NCBI GenBank assembly: GCA_039194325.1 | Contig: JBCCWC010000009.1 | Coordinates: 32,001-96,000, forward strand | Direction of reading: 5' to 3' | DNA length: 64,000 bases | Source of the DNA: Myxococcota bacterium | GTDB taxonomy: Bacteria > Myxococcota_A > Polyangia > Nannocystales > Nannocystaceae | Shown: positions 1 through 9,938 of the stretch, piece by piece | Position numbering within the stretch: the stretch's first letter is position 1 | How the letters are laid out: each line of letters begins with the position of its first letter | Position numbers and translations under genes: made by a program | Notes under the pieces: model-generated | What the model was told of the DNA's origin: nothing | Seen by the model: only the letters and a program-made list of their open reading frames with translations | Databases searched by the model: none

Positions 1-168
1 AGGTCCTACGCACCTCCCCATGCGAGCCCGAGCCTTCGTTTCGCATCGGAACGAACGCCCACCCCGTACACCGACCCCGGCGGTTTGGGCCAGGGCACTG
101 CATCGACGGCGAGCCGGCGGCGGCGGTTTGACCCGGGCACTGCCCAACGGTGAGCCGCCGGCGGCCGC

Positions 169-1314
169 TCAGGCCCGGGCTCGAGCCCGACGGCCGCCCA
201 CCGGGTTCTTCGACTTGGCCTTGGGTTCGGGCTTGGGCACCGAGTTGGGTACCTTGGCCTGAGCATCCTCGGCCCCTTCGTTGGCCGCGGGGCTACCCAG
301 CCCATGTTTTTGGAGGATCTCGGCCTCGATCCGCGCCGCGATCTCGGGGTGCTCCCGCAAGAACGCCTTGGCGTTCTCCCGGCCCTGCCCGACACGCTCG
401 CCCCGATACGACAGCCAGGCGCCCGCCTTGTCGACCACCTTTTGATCGACCCCCATGTCCAGCAGCATCCCTTCACGGCTGACCCCCTCGCCGTAGGTGA
501 TGTCGAACTCCACCTCGCGGAAGGGCGGCGCCAGCTTGTTCTTGACCACCTTGACTCGGGTGCGGTTGCCCACGACCGCATCGGTGGTCTTGATCGCCCC
601 GATCCGCCGGATGTCGAGTCGCATGGACGCGTAGAACTTGAGCGCGTTGCCTCCGGTGGTGGTCTCCGGGCTACCGAACATCACCCCGATCTTCATGCGC
701 AGCTGGTTGATGAAGATCACGATCGTACGGCTGCGAGAGATCGACCCGGTGAGCTTGCGCAGGGCCTGGCTCATCAGTCGCGCCTGCAGGCCCACGTGGG
801 AGTCACCCATCTCGCCCTCGAGCTCGGCCTTGGGGGTCAACGCGGCGACCGAGTCGACCACCACGATGTCGACGGCCCCCGATCGCACCAGCATGTCGCA
901 GATCTCCAGGGCCTGCTCGCCAAAGTCCGGCTGGGAGACCAGCAGATCATCGGTGCGCACGCCGATCTTACGCGCGTAGCTGACGTCGAGGGCGTGCTCG
1001 GCATCGATGAACGCACACACGCCCCCGAGCTTTTGGGCCTCGGCCACCGCGTGCAGGGCCAGCGTGGTCTTGCCCGAGGATTCCGGGCCATAGATCTCTA
1101 CGATCCTCCCCCGGGGCAAGCCGCCGACCCCCAAGGCGATGTCCAGGCCCAGGCAGCCGGTGGGGATCGTCTTGACCTCGCCCAGCGGCAACTTGCCCGA
1201 GGAGTCCAGACGCATGATGGATCCCTTGCCGAACTGCTTCTCGATGGTGGCGAGCGCCAGATCGATGGCAGCGTCGCGCTGTGCCTGAGGGTCTTTTTCT
1301 TTCGATGCAGCCAT
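169..1314 (-). CDS. recA: Recombinase A
   Basis: GPESSGKTT Walker [19 protein letters not shown] and [10 protein letters not shown] motifs; basic C-terminal tail. Confidence 0.99.
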   Translation of the reverse strand: MAASKEKDPQAQRDAAIDLALATIEKQFGKGSIMRLDSSGKLPLGEVKTIPTGCLGLDIALGVGGLPRGRIVEIYGPESSGKTTLALHAVAEAQKLGGVCAFIDAEHALDVSYARKIGVRTDDLLVSQPDFGEQALEICDMLVRSGAVDIVVVDSVAALTPKAELEGEMGDSHVGLQARLMSQALRKLTGSISRSRTIVIFINQLRMKIGVMFGSPETTTGGNALKFYASMRLDIRRIGAIKTTDAVVGNRTRVKVVKNKLAPPFREVEFDITYGEGVSREGMLLDMGVDQKVVDKAGAWLSYRGERVGQGRENAKAFLREHPEIAARIEAEILQKHGLGSPAANEGAEDAQAKVPNSVPKPEPKAKSKNPVGGRRARARA

Positions 1315-1405
1315 GACGATCGTGCTTTCGGGTCGAGTCGACCGGGCTCGGCCGAGAAAGGCCGAGGGCAGGAGGTTGATGGGAACAAAGGGGGCAAATG
1401 CGACG

Positions 1406-2746
1406 CTAGACGTCGCGGTCGGTGATGGAGGCCGCCCCGCGAACGACCAGTCGATCCCACAGGAGCTTGAGCGCCCACTGACACGAAGCGCGCTGGATCA
1501 CGGCCCGGTTGCCTCGTAGCTGGAGCCTCTTGTGAATGGTCTCGAAGCCGTCGACGATGGCGACGTGCACGGTACCCACGGGTTTTTCGGCCGTGCCCCC
1601 ACCGGGACCGGCGAGGCCGGTGATCCCAACGGCGAGATCGGATCCCAGGCGATCTCGGGCCCCGCGAGCCATGGCCCGGGCGACGGGCTCGGAGACCGCC
1701 CCGTACGTGACCAGCAGCTCGGAGGGCACGCCCAGAAGCTGAGCCTTGATCTGATTATCGTAGGAGATGATCCCCCCGCGGAAGGCCGCGGATGACCCGG
1801 GCACGCTGGTGATCATGGCGCCCAGCCCCCCGCCGGTGCACGATTCGGCGGTGGCCAGGCGAACGCCAGACACGAGGCACGACGCGACCACCCGCTCGAC
1901 CAGTCCACTCTCGCCGATCCCGTAGATCCCAGGGGAGAGGGCATCGACCAGCTCCTGGTCGAGGGAAGCGAGCTCTTCGGGGGTGGCATACACCCCGCCC
2001 CGCCCTCGGCCGGCCTCGAGGATCACCGAAACCTGGGGCATCGAGGCCCGATAGTGCACGATCATGGCGGCCAAGCCCGGCGAGCGCTCTCGCGCCGCCT
2101 CGATAATGGGCGCGATGCGGGTGGCCACCGAAGACTCACCGTGACCAAGGATCCGGTAGATCCGACGGGGCACCGGGTGGAGATCGAACCGCTTGCGCAG
2201 CCGCGGCACGACCTGTTCGTCGAGCATCTTGTCGAGCTCGCGGGGCACCCCGGGCATCGCGAAGACCTGGCACCTGCGGGCCCCCGGTAGCTCACAACAA
2301 AGGCCTTCGGCGGTGCCGACCGGGTTGGCGAGGATGTCCGCCCCCTCGGGGAAATCGGCCTGCTTGAGGTTGTTGTCGGTCATGGGGCGCCCGAACGCCG
2401 CGAATTTCTCCTCGAGCCGCCGCTGCGCTCCTGGGTCACGCCGGATCTGCTTTCGGGCCGCGTCGGCGACCGCGGCCGCGGTGAGGTCGTCGGTGGTGGG
2501 CCCCAGCCCTCCCGAGACAAGGCACACATCGGCCTGCGCCGCCGCCTTTCGCAGCACGCCGGCAATCTCGTGCAGACGATCGCGCACCGTCAGGGCCCGA
2601 CGGACGTCCAGGCCCAGGGAGCGAGCGCGTGCCGCCATGCGGGCCTTGTTGCTGTCGACGATGTCGCCCGCGAGCAGCTCGTCGCCCACGGTGACGATGT
2701 GGACCACGGGAACCGTAGTCGACGCGTTCTTGTCGATTTCGTTCAC
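1406..2746 (-). CDS. cinA: CinA family protein (molybdopterin-binding-like domain + PncC/NMN deamidase domain)
   Basis: N-terminal [11 protein letters not shown] and [12 protein letters not shown]-terminal [23 protein letters not shown]; directly upstream of recA. Confidence 0.95.
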   Translation of the reverse strand: MNEIDKNASTTVPVVHIVTVGDELLAGDIVDSNKARMAARARSLGLDVRRALTVRDRLHEIAGVLRKAAAQADVCLVSGGLGPTTDDLTAAAVADAARKQIRRDPGAQRRLEEKFAAFGRPMTDNNLKQADFPEGADILANPVGTAEGLCCELPGARRCQVFAMPGVPRELDKMLDEQVVPRLRKRFDLHPVPRRIYRILGHGESSVATRIAPIIEAARERSPGLAAMIVHYRASMPQVSVILEAGRGRGGVYATPEELASLDQELVDALSPGIYGIGESGLVERVVASCLVSGVRLATAESCTGGGLGAMITSVPGSSAAFRGGIISYDNQIKAQLLGVPSELLVTYGAVSEPVARAMARGARDRLGSDLAVGITGLAGPGGGTAEKPVGTVHVAIVDGFETIHKRLQLRGNRAVIQRASCQWALKLLWDRLVVRGAASITDRDV

Positions 2747-2762
2747 GGGGGTGAGCGGACCA

Positions 2763-2792
2763 ACCGTGGTGCATTACTGAGCAAATGTCAAG
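2763..2792 (-). promoter_or_regulatory. Sigma70-type promoter for cinA-recA with overlapping LexA-box-like site
   Basis: Minus strand TTGACA (2791-2786), 17 bp spacer, CACGGT (2768-2763); CTTGACATTTGCTCAG (2792-2777) resembles the Myxococcus LexA consensus as I recall it (CTRHAMRYBYGTTCAG) with 3 mismatches. Confidence 0.5.
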
Positions 2793-2869
2793 TTCGCGCA
2801 TCGTGCCTCTACACCCGTTTTCCGGGCGGTCTGCGGGCGACCTTGGACGGGCCAAGCGCGTCGGATACG

Positions 2870-3643
2870 ATGATTCCCGACGTGCGAATCCGGTACGCGG
2901 CCAAGACCGACGTCGGCATGAAGAGGACTCACAACGAGGACTACTTCGCGCTGATCGAGGACGAGCAGCTCTTCCTGGTCGCGGATGGGATGGGCGGCCA
3001 CGCTTCGGGCGAGGTCGCGTCCAAGCTGGCGGCCGACGTGATCGGCGAGTTCTATCGCCACAGCAAGGATCAGGACGCGACCTGGCCTTACCGCTACGAC
3101 CACTCCTTGTCGTACGTGGAGAACCGGATGGTGGCCTCCATTCGGCTGGCCAACAAACGGATCCACGAGTCGGCCGCCAAGAACCCGCAGCTGCGGGGCA
3201 TGGGCACGACCATCGTCACCTTCATCGTCAAGGGCGACCAGGGCTTCGTGGCGCACGTGGGCGACTCGCGGTGCTACCGGGTACGTAACGGCAGCATCAA
3301 GCCGATGACCCGCGATCACTCGCTGCTCGAGGACTACAAGGAAGCGCGCCCCGACATGACGGAGGAAGAGGAGCGCAACTTCCCCCACAAGAACGTGATC
3401 ACGCGAGCCCTGGGCATGCGAGACCACGTGATGGTCGACATCACCAAGGTCGACCTGCAAAACGGAGATCGCTACGTGCTGTGCTCCGACGGGCTGTGCG
3501 GCATGCTCAGCGACGAGGAGATCCACGACATCATCCGCAAGAGCGCCGACCTCGAAGACGCCGTCTCCACGCTGATCGACCGCGCCAACGAGGCGGGCGG
3601 CACCGACAACATCACGGCGATGGTCGTCGAGTGCAATTTCTGA
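2870..3643 (+). CDS. PP2C/PPM family Ser/Thr protein phosphatase (Stp1-like)
   Basis: [29 protein letters not shown] and GGTDNIT motifs; ATG at 2870 chosen inside ORF 2570..3643. Confidence 0.95.
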   Translation: MIPDVRIRYAAKTDVGMKRTHNEDYFALIEDEQLFLVADGMGGHASGEVASKLAADVIGEFYRHSKDQDATWPYRYDHSLSYVENRMVASIRLANKRIHESAAKNPQLRGMGTTIVTFIVKGDQGFVAHVGDSRCYRVRNGSIKPMTRDHSLLEDYKEARPDMTEEEERNFPHKNVITRALGMRDHVMVDITKVDLQNGDRYVLCSDGLCGMLSDEEIHDIIRKSADLEDAVSTLIDRANEAGGTDNITAMVVECNF

Positions 3644-3646
3644 GCT

Positions 3647-3702
3647 CCCGACCCAGCCCGCCCGACCCAGCCCGCACGACCCAGCCCGCACGACCCGGCC
3701 CG
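3647..3702. repeat. 4 x 14-bp tandem repeat (CMCGACCCRGCCCG) between convergent genes
   Basis: Units at 3647, 3661, 3675 and 3689. Confidence 0.85.
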
Positions 3703-3730
3703 CCGAGCATCTCCCAGAGGCCGTGACCTC

Positions 3731-4648
3731 TCAGGCTTCCGGATCGCTCCACCCGTAGGGAAGGAAGCCGTCGCTGAGCAGCTCGTCACGGGTCGCCTCG
3801 GGGTTCTCCTCCGCGAGCTCCCACTCGTCGTGGATGTTGACCAGATCCGAAGGACCGACCACCTCCCCCGAAAGCGGCGGCACATCGATGCGCTCCCACG
3901 CCACGCTCACCTCGTAGGTGACGCGGCCGTGGAAGAGCCGGGAGGTGAGCGAGTCGTCGTCATCCTCCTCGCCGCGAAACTGGTGCCCCTGCACTTTGCG
4001 GTGCTCGTCGAAGGTGATCTCGGGGTAGCCCTCGGTCCGGATGGTCAGGTAGGGGTGGAGATCGATCGACCGGGTTTGGTCGCCATGCTGGTACACGTCG
4101 AGATCCAGCGCCGCTCCGTACCAGCACAGCAAGTAGATGTTGGTCGAATCCAAGAGCTCGGCGTCCAGATCGCGCCGGATCTCGGCCAGCTCCCGGCGAA
4201 CGTAGTGGGTATCCTTGTGGGCTCCCCCGCCACCTACGCCGAACTCCAGATGGTAGAAGCTCGTCCTCATGCCGAGGGGTCGGGCCGAGCCCCCCACCAA
4301 GCCCCCCTCAGCGCCCTCGGGCCGCGCCGACTCCGGCGGAGCCGAACTCGACGCGAACGAGCTCGACCCCGAGCCCATCGACTCCTCGCCGAGGATCCGC
4401 GCCACGAGCCGGGCCTTTTGCCTACCGGTGTCGTCGAGCCCGTGTGCACGGCAGATCGCCTTGAGCTCGTCGCGGCCCGAACGCCCGAGGATCTCCTGCA
4501 CCTTCGCTTGGCGAGCTCGTACCAGGGCATCGACGAGCGCCTGCTTGCGCGCTCGTCCGACACCACCGATCTCGAAGTCGCGACACAGCTGGCGTAGGCG
4601 TCCAACGGTCAACCCTTGCAGGATCGAGCGCTTGCTCGGCTTGGGCAT
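3731..4648 (-). CDS. Hypothetical protein: N-terminal tandem SAP/HeH-like helical motifs, Ser-rich linker, acidic C-terminal domain
   Basis: Two repeats of L-x-x-x-C-R-x-x-x-L/I...G-R-x-K-x-x-L-V (LRQLCRDFEIGGVGRARKQALV; LKAICRAHGLDDTGRQKARLV); ATG at 4648. Confidence 0.65.
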   Translation of the reverse strand: MPKPSKRSILQGLTVGRLRQLCRDFEIGGVGRARKQALVDALVRARQAKVQEILGRSGRDELKAICRAHGLDDTGRQKARLVARILGEESMGSGSSSFASSSAPPESARPEGAEGGLVGGSARPLGMRTSFYHLEFGVGGGGAHKDTHYVRRELAEIRRDLDAELLDSTNIYLLCWYGAALDLDVYQHGDQTRSIDLHPYLTIRTEGYPEITFDEHRKVQGHQFRGEEDDDDSLTSRLFHGRVTYEVSVAWERIDVPPLSGEVVGPSDLVNIHDEWELAEENPEATRDELLSDGFLPYGWSDPEA

Positions 4649-4912
4649 GGAGGTCCGACCCGATGGTACCGCGCCCGGCTCGGCGATCGCTGACTTCGAC
4701 CCTATGCGCGGTCCGGCCCGTGGGCATGTCGTGCGCCATCCCGTGCGCTCCTCGTGCACCACTCCGTGGCGGGGCCGCACTGCGGGCGGGGGCGCTCGTC
4801 TCGTGCTCTGGCGCACCCCCGGGGTGCGCATACGAACGGCGGAGTACCGGATTCGCCCGTGAGCCCACCGAGCGAGCCACGCTCCCCCACGGATCCCGAG
4901 GCGTTCTTCGGT

Positions 4913-4928
4913 TGGCACGAGAGTTGAT
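4913..4928 (+). promoter_or_regulatory. Sigma54 (-24/-12) promoter
   Basis: TGGCACG-AGAG-TTGAT, one mismatch to TGGCACG-N4-TTGCW, about 70 bp upstream of ATG 4996. Confidence 0.7.
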
Positions 4929-4995
4929 ACAGAAGCGCCCAAGCGAAGCGGGTGTCCCTCCCGCTTCGGCCTTACTGCAACCTGTAGGAACAATC

Positions 4996-5265
4996 ATGCT
5001 CAAGATCGCATCCATCGCTCTGGCCACCCTATTCTCGACCGGCCTGTCGCTGAACGTCGAGGAGATCCAACCGAGTGATCCAACCCAAGAGGACCTGACC
5101 TCGGAAGATCCGAGCGAGCCCGTGCCCGCCTCGCTCAACTCGTGCATCCAGGAGTGCTACGACGACTGGGACGACTGCGAGGCGAGCTGTACGACCCCGA
5201 TGTGCTACTTCCAGTGCGAGCTCGCCGCGCAGGAGTGCTACAACAACTGCTACATCTCGAACTAG
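4996..5265 (+). CDS. Small secreted Cys-rich peptide (89 aa; 4 x CxxxC)
   Basis: AGGAA RBS; hydrophobic signal-like N-terminus; acidic linker; core CIQEC-x6-CEASC-x4-CYFQC-x6-CYNNC. Confidence 0.85.
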   Translation: MLKIASIALATLFSTGLSLNVEEIQPSDPTQEDLTSEDPSEPVPASLNSCIQECYDDWDDCEASCTTPMCYFQCELAAQECYNNCYISN

Positions 5266-5436
5266 TCGGACCCACGGTATCCGCATCGTCCTAGCGCGCT
5301 CGCGCGGGGGCACCGGGGTGAGCGAGTTGGCTCCCAAGAAACTCCGGTTTTCTTCCCTGCTGGGTGCCGCTTGGGCGAGCCCAAGGCCGGGCGCGACAGC
5401 CGTCACGCATTTCGAGCCGGCCTCGGCATGGATGCC

Positions 5437-7383
5437 TCAGTCCTCGGCGTCGGTGGCCTCGGTGCCATCCGACTCCCCCGACGCCGAGAGTCCCAGGTGC
5501 CGCATGCGACGGTGCAGGGCATAGCGGGAGATCCCGAGCAACGCCGCCGCGCGAACCTGCTTGCCCTCGGCGCGCGCGAGCGCCTCCTGGATCGCGCGAC
5601 GCTCGAGCACCGCAAGTTCGAGCGTTCCCTCGGGCTCGGGCTCGGGCTCGGGCCCGAGACCGCCGGGCCCGGGCGCACCCGATTCAGACGGACCCTGCTC
5701 CGCTGTGCCGGGTGCCAGCCGGTCGACTCGCTCCTCTGCCTCGTCATCCACCGTAGGTACGCTCTGCACCAGCGCCCGATCGATCGACTGACCGCGTGGG
5801 CACAGAAACACGAGCTGCCGGACCAGGTGGTCGAGCTCGCGCACGTTGCCGGGCCATGAGCGCTCACACAGCAGATGCAACGCCGGGATGGTGATCCCCC
5901 GCACGAACGCTCCCGAATCTCGGCACGCCTGCCGAACGAAGTGCTCGACCAGCGCCGGGATGTCCTCGCGACGCTCGCGAAGCGGCGGCAAGGTCAGCAC
6001 CGCCCCCGCGAGGCGGTAGTAAAGATCGCGGCGAAAACCACCGTCGCGGATCCGCCGACCCAGCGCGCGGTTGGTCGCCGACACCAGCCATACGTCGACC
6101 GGCTGATCCTCGCCCCCGACCGGCCGCACGGTGCCCCCTTCGAGCGCCCGCAAGAGCTTGGCCTGGAGCCCAGGAGGCATGTCCCCGATCTCGTCGAGAA
6201 ACAGGGTGCCTCCGCTGGCCCGCTGGAACTGACCTCGCCGTGGCTTGACCCCGGTCGCCGCCCCCGTGGCCACGCCGAACAGCTCGGCCTCCAGCATCTC
6301 GGTCGGGATCGCGGCGCAGTTGACCGCGACCAACGGCGCCCCACGACGCGGTGACGCGTGATGCAGCAGCCGAGCCACGGTGTCCTTGCCCGTACCGGTC
6401 TCGCCAAGCACGAGCACCGGCAGCTCACTAGGCGCCAACCGCCGCACTCGATCGTACAGCGCCGTCATCACGGTGGAGCGGCCCGGTACGTAGCCGGCAG
6501 GGAAACCAGGCTCGGCTGGCTCGACGGGACTCAACGCGGGGCCCAAAGCCCGCAGACCGTGGAGCCGCACCAACATCCGAACGAGGGCCTGGCGAAGCGC
6601 TCCCGCCCCTCGCCCTCCCCACAAGACCACCGCTCGCGAGGGTACGCCTCGATCCACCGCGATCGTCACCCCTACGTCGGTCTCCGAGCGTCCCACCCAC
6701 AGTCCGGTTCCATCCGACTCTACCGCGGCGAGTACCTCTTGCCATGCCGGGTCACGCCATAGTCGATCGATCTCACCAGCTGCGGCTCGCACCACGGGCA
6801 CCCCGTCGCCCTCCGGGCCGAACTCGATCACCGCGGCCGCCTTCGCGGCGACGACCTCGACGACCGGAATCAGGGAGCAGCCTCGGCCCGTATGGAGCCG
6901 CTCTATCACGCGATCGAACGCCGCGAGACCACCCAGCTCCGCTGATCCGAACGACGACCCGAGCGACGACCCGAGCGACGACCCGAGCGCTTGCCCGAGC
7001 GACGGCCGCCATCCCGCAGTGTCGTCCACCTCTGCCGCCAACGCCCCCACGCTGCTCCCCGGCGTGCTCAGCCGGATCGCGAGCTCGCCGTCGTCCGGTG
7101 CGATCGCCTCGACTCGGAGGGCCACCGACCCGAAGCGAAGCTCGTCACCGACAGCCACCGAGGCACTCCGTACCGGCTGATCATTGAGATACGTGCCGTT
7201 CTTGCTGGCCAGATCCTCCACGGTCATCCGCCCCGGCTCCACGACGAGCAGCGCATGATGGCGGGAGACCGACGAGCCGACCAACACGACGGTGTTCGAG
7301 CGCGCCGTGCCGACCCGGTTGACCCCCTGATGCAGCCGATAGCGCACGCCTGTGCCGGCCTGGTACAGCGCCAGGCCGCTCAT
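5437..7383 (-). CDS. FHA-domain sigma54-dependent transcriptional activator (EBP)
   Basis: FHA (VSRHHA..DLASKNGTYLN), [24 protein letters not shown]-terminal HTH; GAFTGA loop is variant GAATGV. Confidence 0.93.
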   Translation of the reverse strand: MSGLALYQAGTGVRYRLHQGVNRVGTARSNTVVLVGSSVSRHHALLVVEPGRMTVEDLASKNGTYLNDQPVRSASVAVGDELRFGSVALRVEAIAPDDGELAIRLSTPGSSVGALAAEVDDTAGWRPSLGQALGSSLGSSLGSSFGSAELGGLAAFDRVIERLHTGRGCSLIPVVEVVAAKAAAVIEFGPEGDGVPVVRAAAGEIDRLWRDPAWQEVLAAVESDGTGLWVGRSETDVGVTIAVDRGVPSRAVVLWGGRGAGALRQALVRMLVRLHGLRALGPALSPVEPAEPGFPAGYVPGRSTVMTALYDRVRRLAPSELPVLVLGETGTGKDTVARLLHHASPRRGAPLVAVNCAAIPTEMLEAELFGVATGAATGVKPRRGQFQRASGGTLFLDEIGDMPPGLQAKLLRALEGGTVRPVGGEDQPVDVWLVSATNRALGRRIRDGGFRRDLYYRLAGAVLTLPPLRERREDIPALVEHFVRQACRDSGAFVRGITIPALHLLCERSWPGNVRELDHLVRQLVFLCPRGQSIDRALVQSVPTVDDEAEERVDRLAPGTAEQGPSESGAPGPGGLGPEPEPEPEGTLELAVLERRAIQEALARAEGKQVRAAALLGISRYALHRRMRHLGLSASGESDGTEATDAED

Positions 7384-9530
7384 GGTGGCGCCTCAGAGCG
7401 CCCGCGAGGCGAAGACGTCCGTGCGATCGCCTCGAACAAGAGCCCCTCGATCGGGTGCCCCTGACCCAGGGTAGTGACAACGATGACGCGCGCCTGCTCG
7501 TACTCGACGCGCGCCTGCTCGGGCTGCCCCGTCTGCTCGAGGACCTGGCCGATCCGATAGCGAGCCTTGGCGACGAGCGGATAGCGCTCCCCGTAAGCCT
7601 GCTGGTACCGATCGATCGCGCGCCGGTAGTGCGTCACCGCCGACGCGGGATCGCCCCGATGCTGGAACAAGATCCCGGTATTGTGCTCGAGCGTTGCCGC
7701 GAGCGCCGGCACACCACCCAGCCGCTCGAGGGTGGCTCGGGCCATCGCGGCCCACTCGAGCCCACGCTCGTACTTGCGGCGCACCGTCTCGACCTCGACC
7801 AGGGCGGACCACACCCGCGCCAGCAGATAGTCGTCTCGACCGCTCTGCGCGACGACGGCCGCCTCGAACAGCGACGTGCGGGCCTGGTCGTGACGACCCA
7901 GCATGCGCTGCCCCTCACCCAAGCCGAGCAGCGCCTCGGCGGTCAACGGCGCATAGGCCAGCGCACGAGCGCGAGCCACCGCCGGCTCGAATACCGATAC
8001 CGCCTCGTCGAACCGGCCCGCAGTCAGCAGGTTGCGGCCCTGCACCAGGACGATCCGCTCGCGTTCCACAGACTCACGGGCCTGCGGTGGCGGAGGGACC
8101 ACCGCACGCAGCCCCGCCGCATCTGCACACTCAGCCAGATCCGGCAAAAAGTAGGTGATCATCGCGGCGCGCTCCAGACCGACCTTGCCAGGGATCGCCA
8201 GCAGCTCGGTGGTCGCGGCCACCCGCTGCAAGCGGCGGTCGAGGCACGAGAGGCGCAGATCCATCAGCGCCTCCGACTGCTCGCTGCGCACGCGGGTCGC
8301 CGCGCAGGCATCCTGGTAGGCGTCGCGCCAGGTCGCCACGTAGTCGTCGATCCGCCGCTTCACCTGCCACCAGGTGGCAATGGCGTGTGGGGTGCCGGCC
8401 ACGGTCAAGGCGGCGAAGATCTGCTCCTTGCGCGACTCGTCCCAAACCTCGGCGACCTTGTCGCCCCCTCCACTACAGATCTCGGGCGCGGCCACGATCG
8501 ATCGCACCTGGACCTTCACCACCGATGGTGTCGAGCCGAGCGCGAGCCAGGCCCCGCCAACGACGACCGCCGCCCCCACGCCGGCCGATCCCCACCGGCG
8601 CCACCGCGGCCTGGCGCGAGCCTCGAGCACGGAGACCAGCGCGTCCATCGACGGGTACCGACGCGCCGGGTCGGCGCTCATCCCCCGCAGCAACACCCGC
8701 CGGATCCGATCGGGGAGCCTGCGGGCGGCTGCGGTCAGGGTCACCTGGCCCGCCTCGATCCGCGCCAGCACGGCGCCTCGGTCGTCGGCGCCGAACGGCA
8801 TCCCACCGCAGAGCCCGCGATACACGGAGGCGCAAAAGCTGAACTGATCCACGGCCACTCCGATCGCCTCGCCGCGCAGCTGCTCGGGGGCCATGAACCC
8901 GAGCGTCCCCGCGAGCCGTCGCGGGCTCGCCCCGTCGTCACCCACGCCGCAAGCCCGCTCCGCCTCCGCCTGCGACGGGCCCGGCTTCGAAACGAGGCCG
9001 AAATCGATCACCCGCACCCGCCCCTGCGGACCCACGATCGCATTGCTGGGCTTGAAATCCCCGTGGATCAGGCCGTTGCGGTGCGCCGCGGCGATCCCCC
9101 GCCCTGCCTGAACGAACAGCGACAACACCTGCGGCCAGCGACGCTTTCGCTGTGCGAGCCACTCGCGCAGATCGACGCCCTCGACCATCTCCATGGCCAT
9201 GAACACCTGGCCGTCGACAACCCCGACGTCGTGGATCGCGACCACGTTGGGATGCGACAGGCGGGCCAGCGCACGGGCCTCGCTGACCAGCCCTTCCCGG
9301 TACGCTTCACCGCGACGGTCCGGGCGCAACACCTTCACGGCCACCTGACGATCGAGGGCCGGATCGTAGGCCGCGTAGACAACCCCGAAGCCGCCGCTCC
9401 CCAGGCAACGCAGCACGGTGTAGCGATCGAGGCTGGCGCCACGCTCGATCCAAGGCGCGTCACCGTCACTCGCGCTCGGCTCGGCACAGCGTCCGCTCCA
9501 TGTCTGGGTCGCGCTAGCGAGCTGGGCCAC
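7380..9530 (-). CDS. Membrane Ser/Thr protein kinase with C-terminal TPR region
   Basis: LGSGGFGVVY, VAVK, HGDFKPSN, DFG, GTLGFMAPE, TM helix, TPR-like repeats; ATGA overlap with the EBP gene. Confidence 0.93.
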   Translation of the reverse strand: MAQLASATQTWSGRCAEPSASDGDAPWIERGASLDRYTVLRCLGSGGFGVVYAAYDPALDRQVAVKVLRPDRRGEAYREGLVSEARALARLSHPNVVAIHDVGVVDGQVFMAMEMVEGVDLREWLAQRKRRWPQVLSLFVQAGRGIAAAHRNGLIHGDFKPSNAIVGPQGRVRVIDFGLVSKPGPSQAEAERACGVGDDGASPRRLAGTLGFMAPEQLRGEAIGVAVDQFSFCASVYRGLCGGMPFGADDRGAVLARIEAGQVTLTAAARRLPDRIRRVLLRGMSADPARRYPSMDALVSVLEARARPRWRRWGSAGVGAAVVVGGAWLALGSTPSVVKVQVRSIVAAPEICSGGGDKVAEVWDESRKEQIFAALTVAGTPHAIATWWQVKRRIDDYVATWRDAYQDACAATRVRSEQSEALMDLRLSCLDRRLQRVAATTELLAIPGKVGLERAAMITYFLPDLAECADAAGLRAVVPPPPQARESVERERIVLVQGRNLLTAGRFDEAVSVFEPAVARARALAYAPLTAEALLGLGEGQRMLGRHDQARTSLFEAAVVAQSGRDDYLLARVWSALVEVETVRRKYERGLEWAAMARATLERLGGVPALAATLEHNTGILFQHRGDPASAVTHYRRAIDRYQQAYGERYPLVAKARYRIGQVLEQTGQPEQARVEYEQARVIVVTTLGQGHPIEGLLFEAIARTSSPRGRSEAPP

Positions 9531-9938
9531 GATTCACTCGTCAATCTCGCTCGTCGACTCGGTCGACCACCGGATACCGAGCCGACCCGCTCGATCACCG
9601 TGGATGATCCACCGAGTGACCCATAGCATCGATCCGATCCGACCGGAAGCCGAGTGTGACCCACGGCCACTTCGTCCCGCGTCGATGCCCGCGGGTGCAC
9701 CCGACCCGAGCGTTCGTGCGCGCGGCCTGTCGACGACGCGTCCCCCGTATCGACGAAGACGTCGATGAAACCGCCGGCCACCCCGCGCGTGTCGAAATCG
9801 TGGATCCGACCGCTGTCCATCTTCGTGTCGGCTCGCGCTCGTCACCGCGCGAGGCTTCGCCATGCGATGCCTCGCGTTTGCCTGGTATGGTCTCGGGGTG
9901 CGCCCCCTGACACTTGGCCCCTCGGCGACCGGCGGCGT

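Noticed and set aside
4996..5265. Ranthipeptide or other RiPP cluster around the CxxxC peptide
   Set aside because: No radical SAM, YcaO, lanthionine synthetase or peptide ABC transporter in the window; the signal-like N-terminus favours disulfides
7455..9626. Long antisense ORFs (e.g. 7455..9626 +, 21007..22605 +, 41714..43237 +, 49329..50846 +)
   Set aside because: Shadow ORFs expected at high GC opposite well-supported genes; no recognisable motifs
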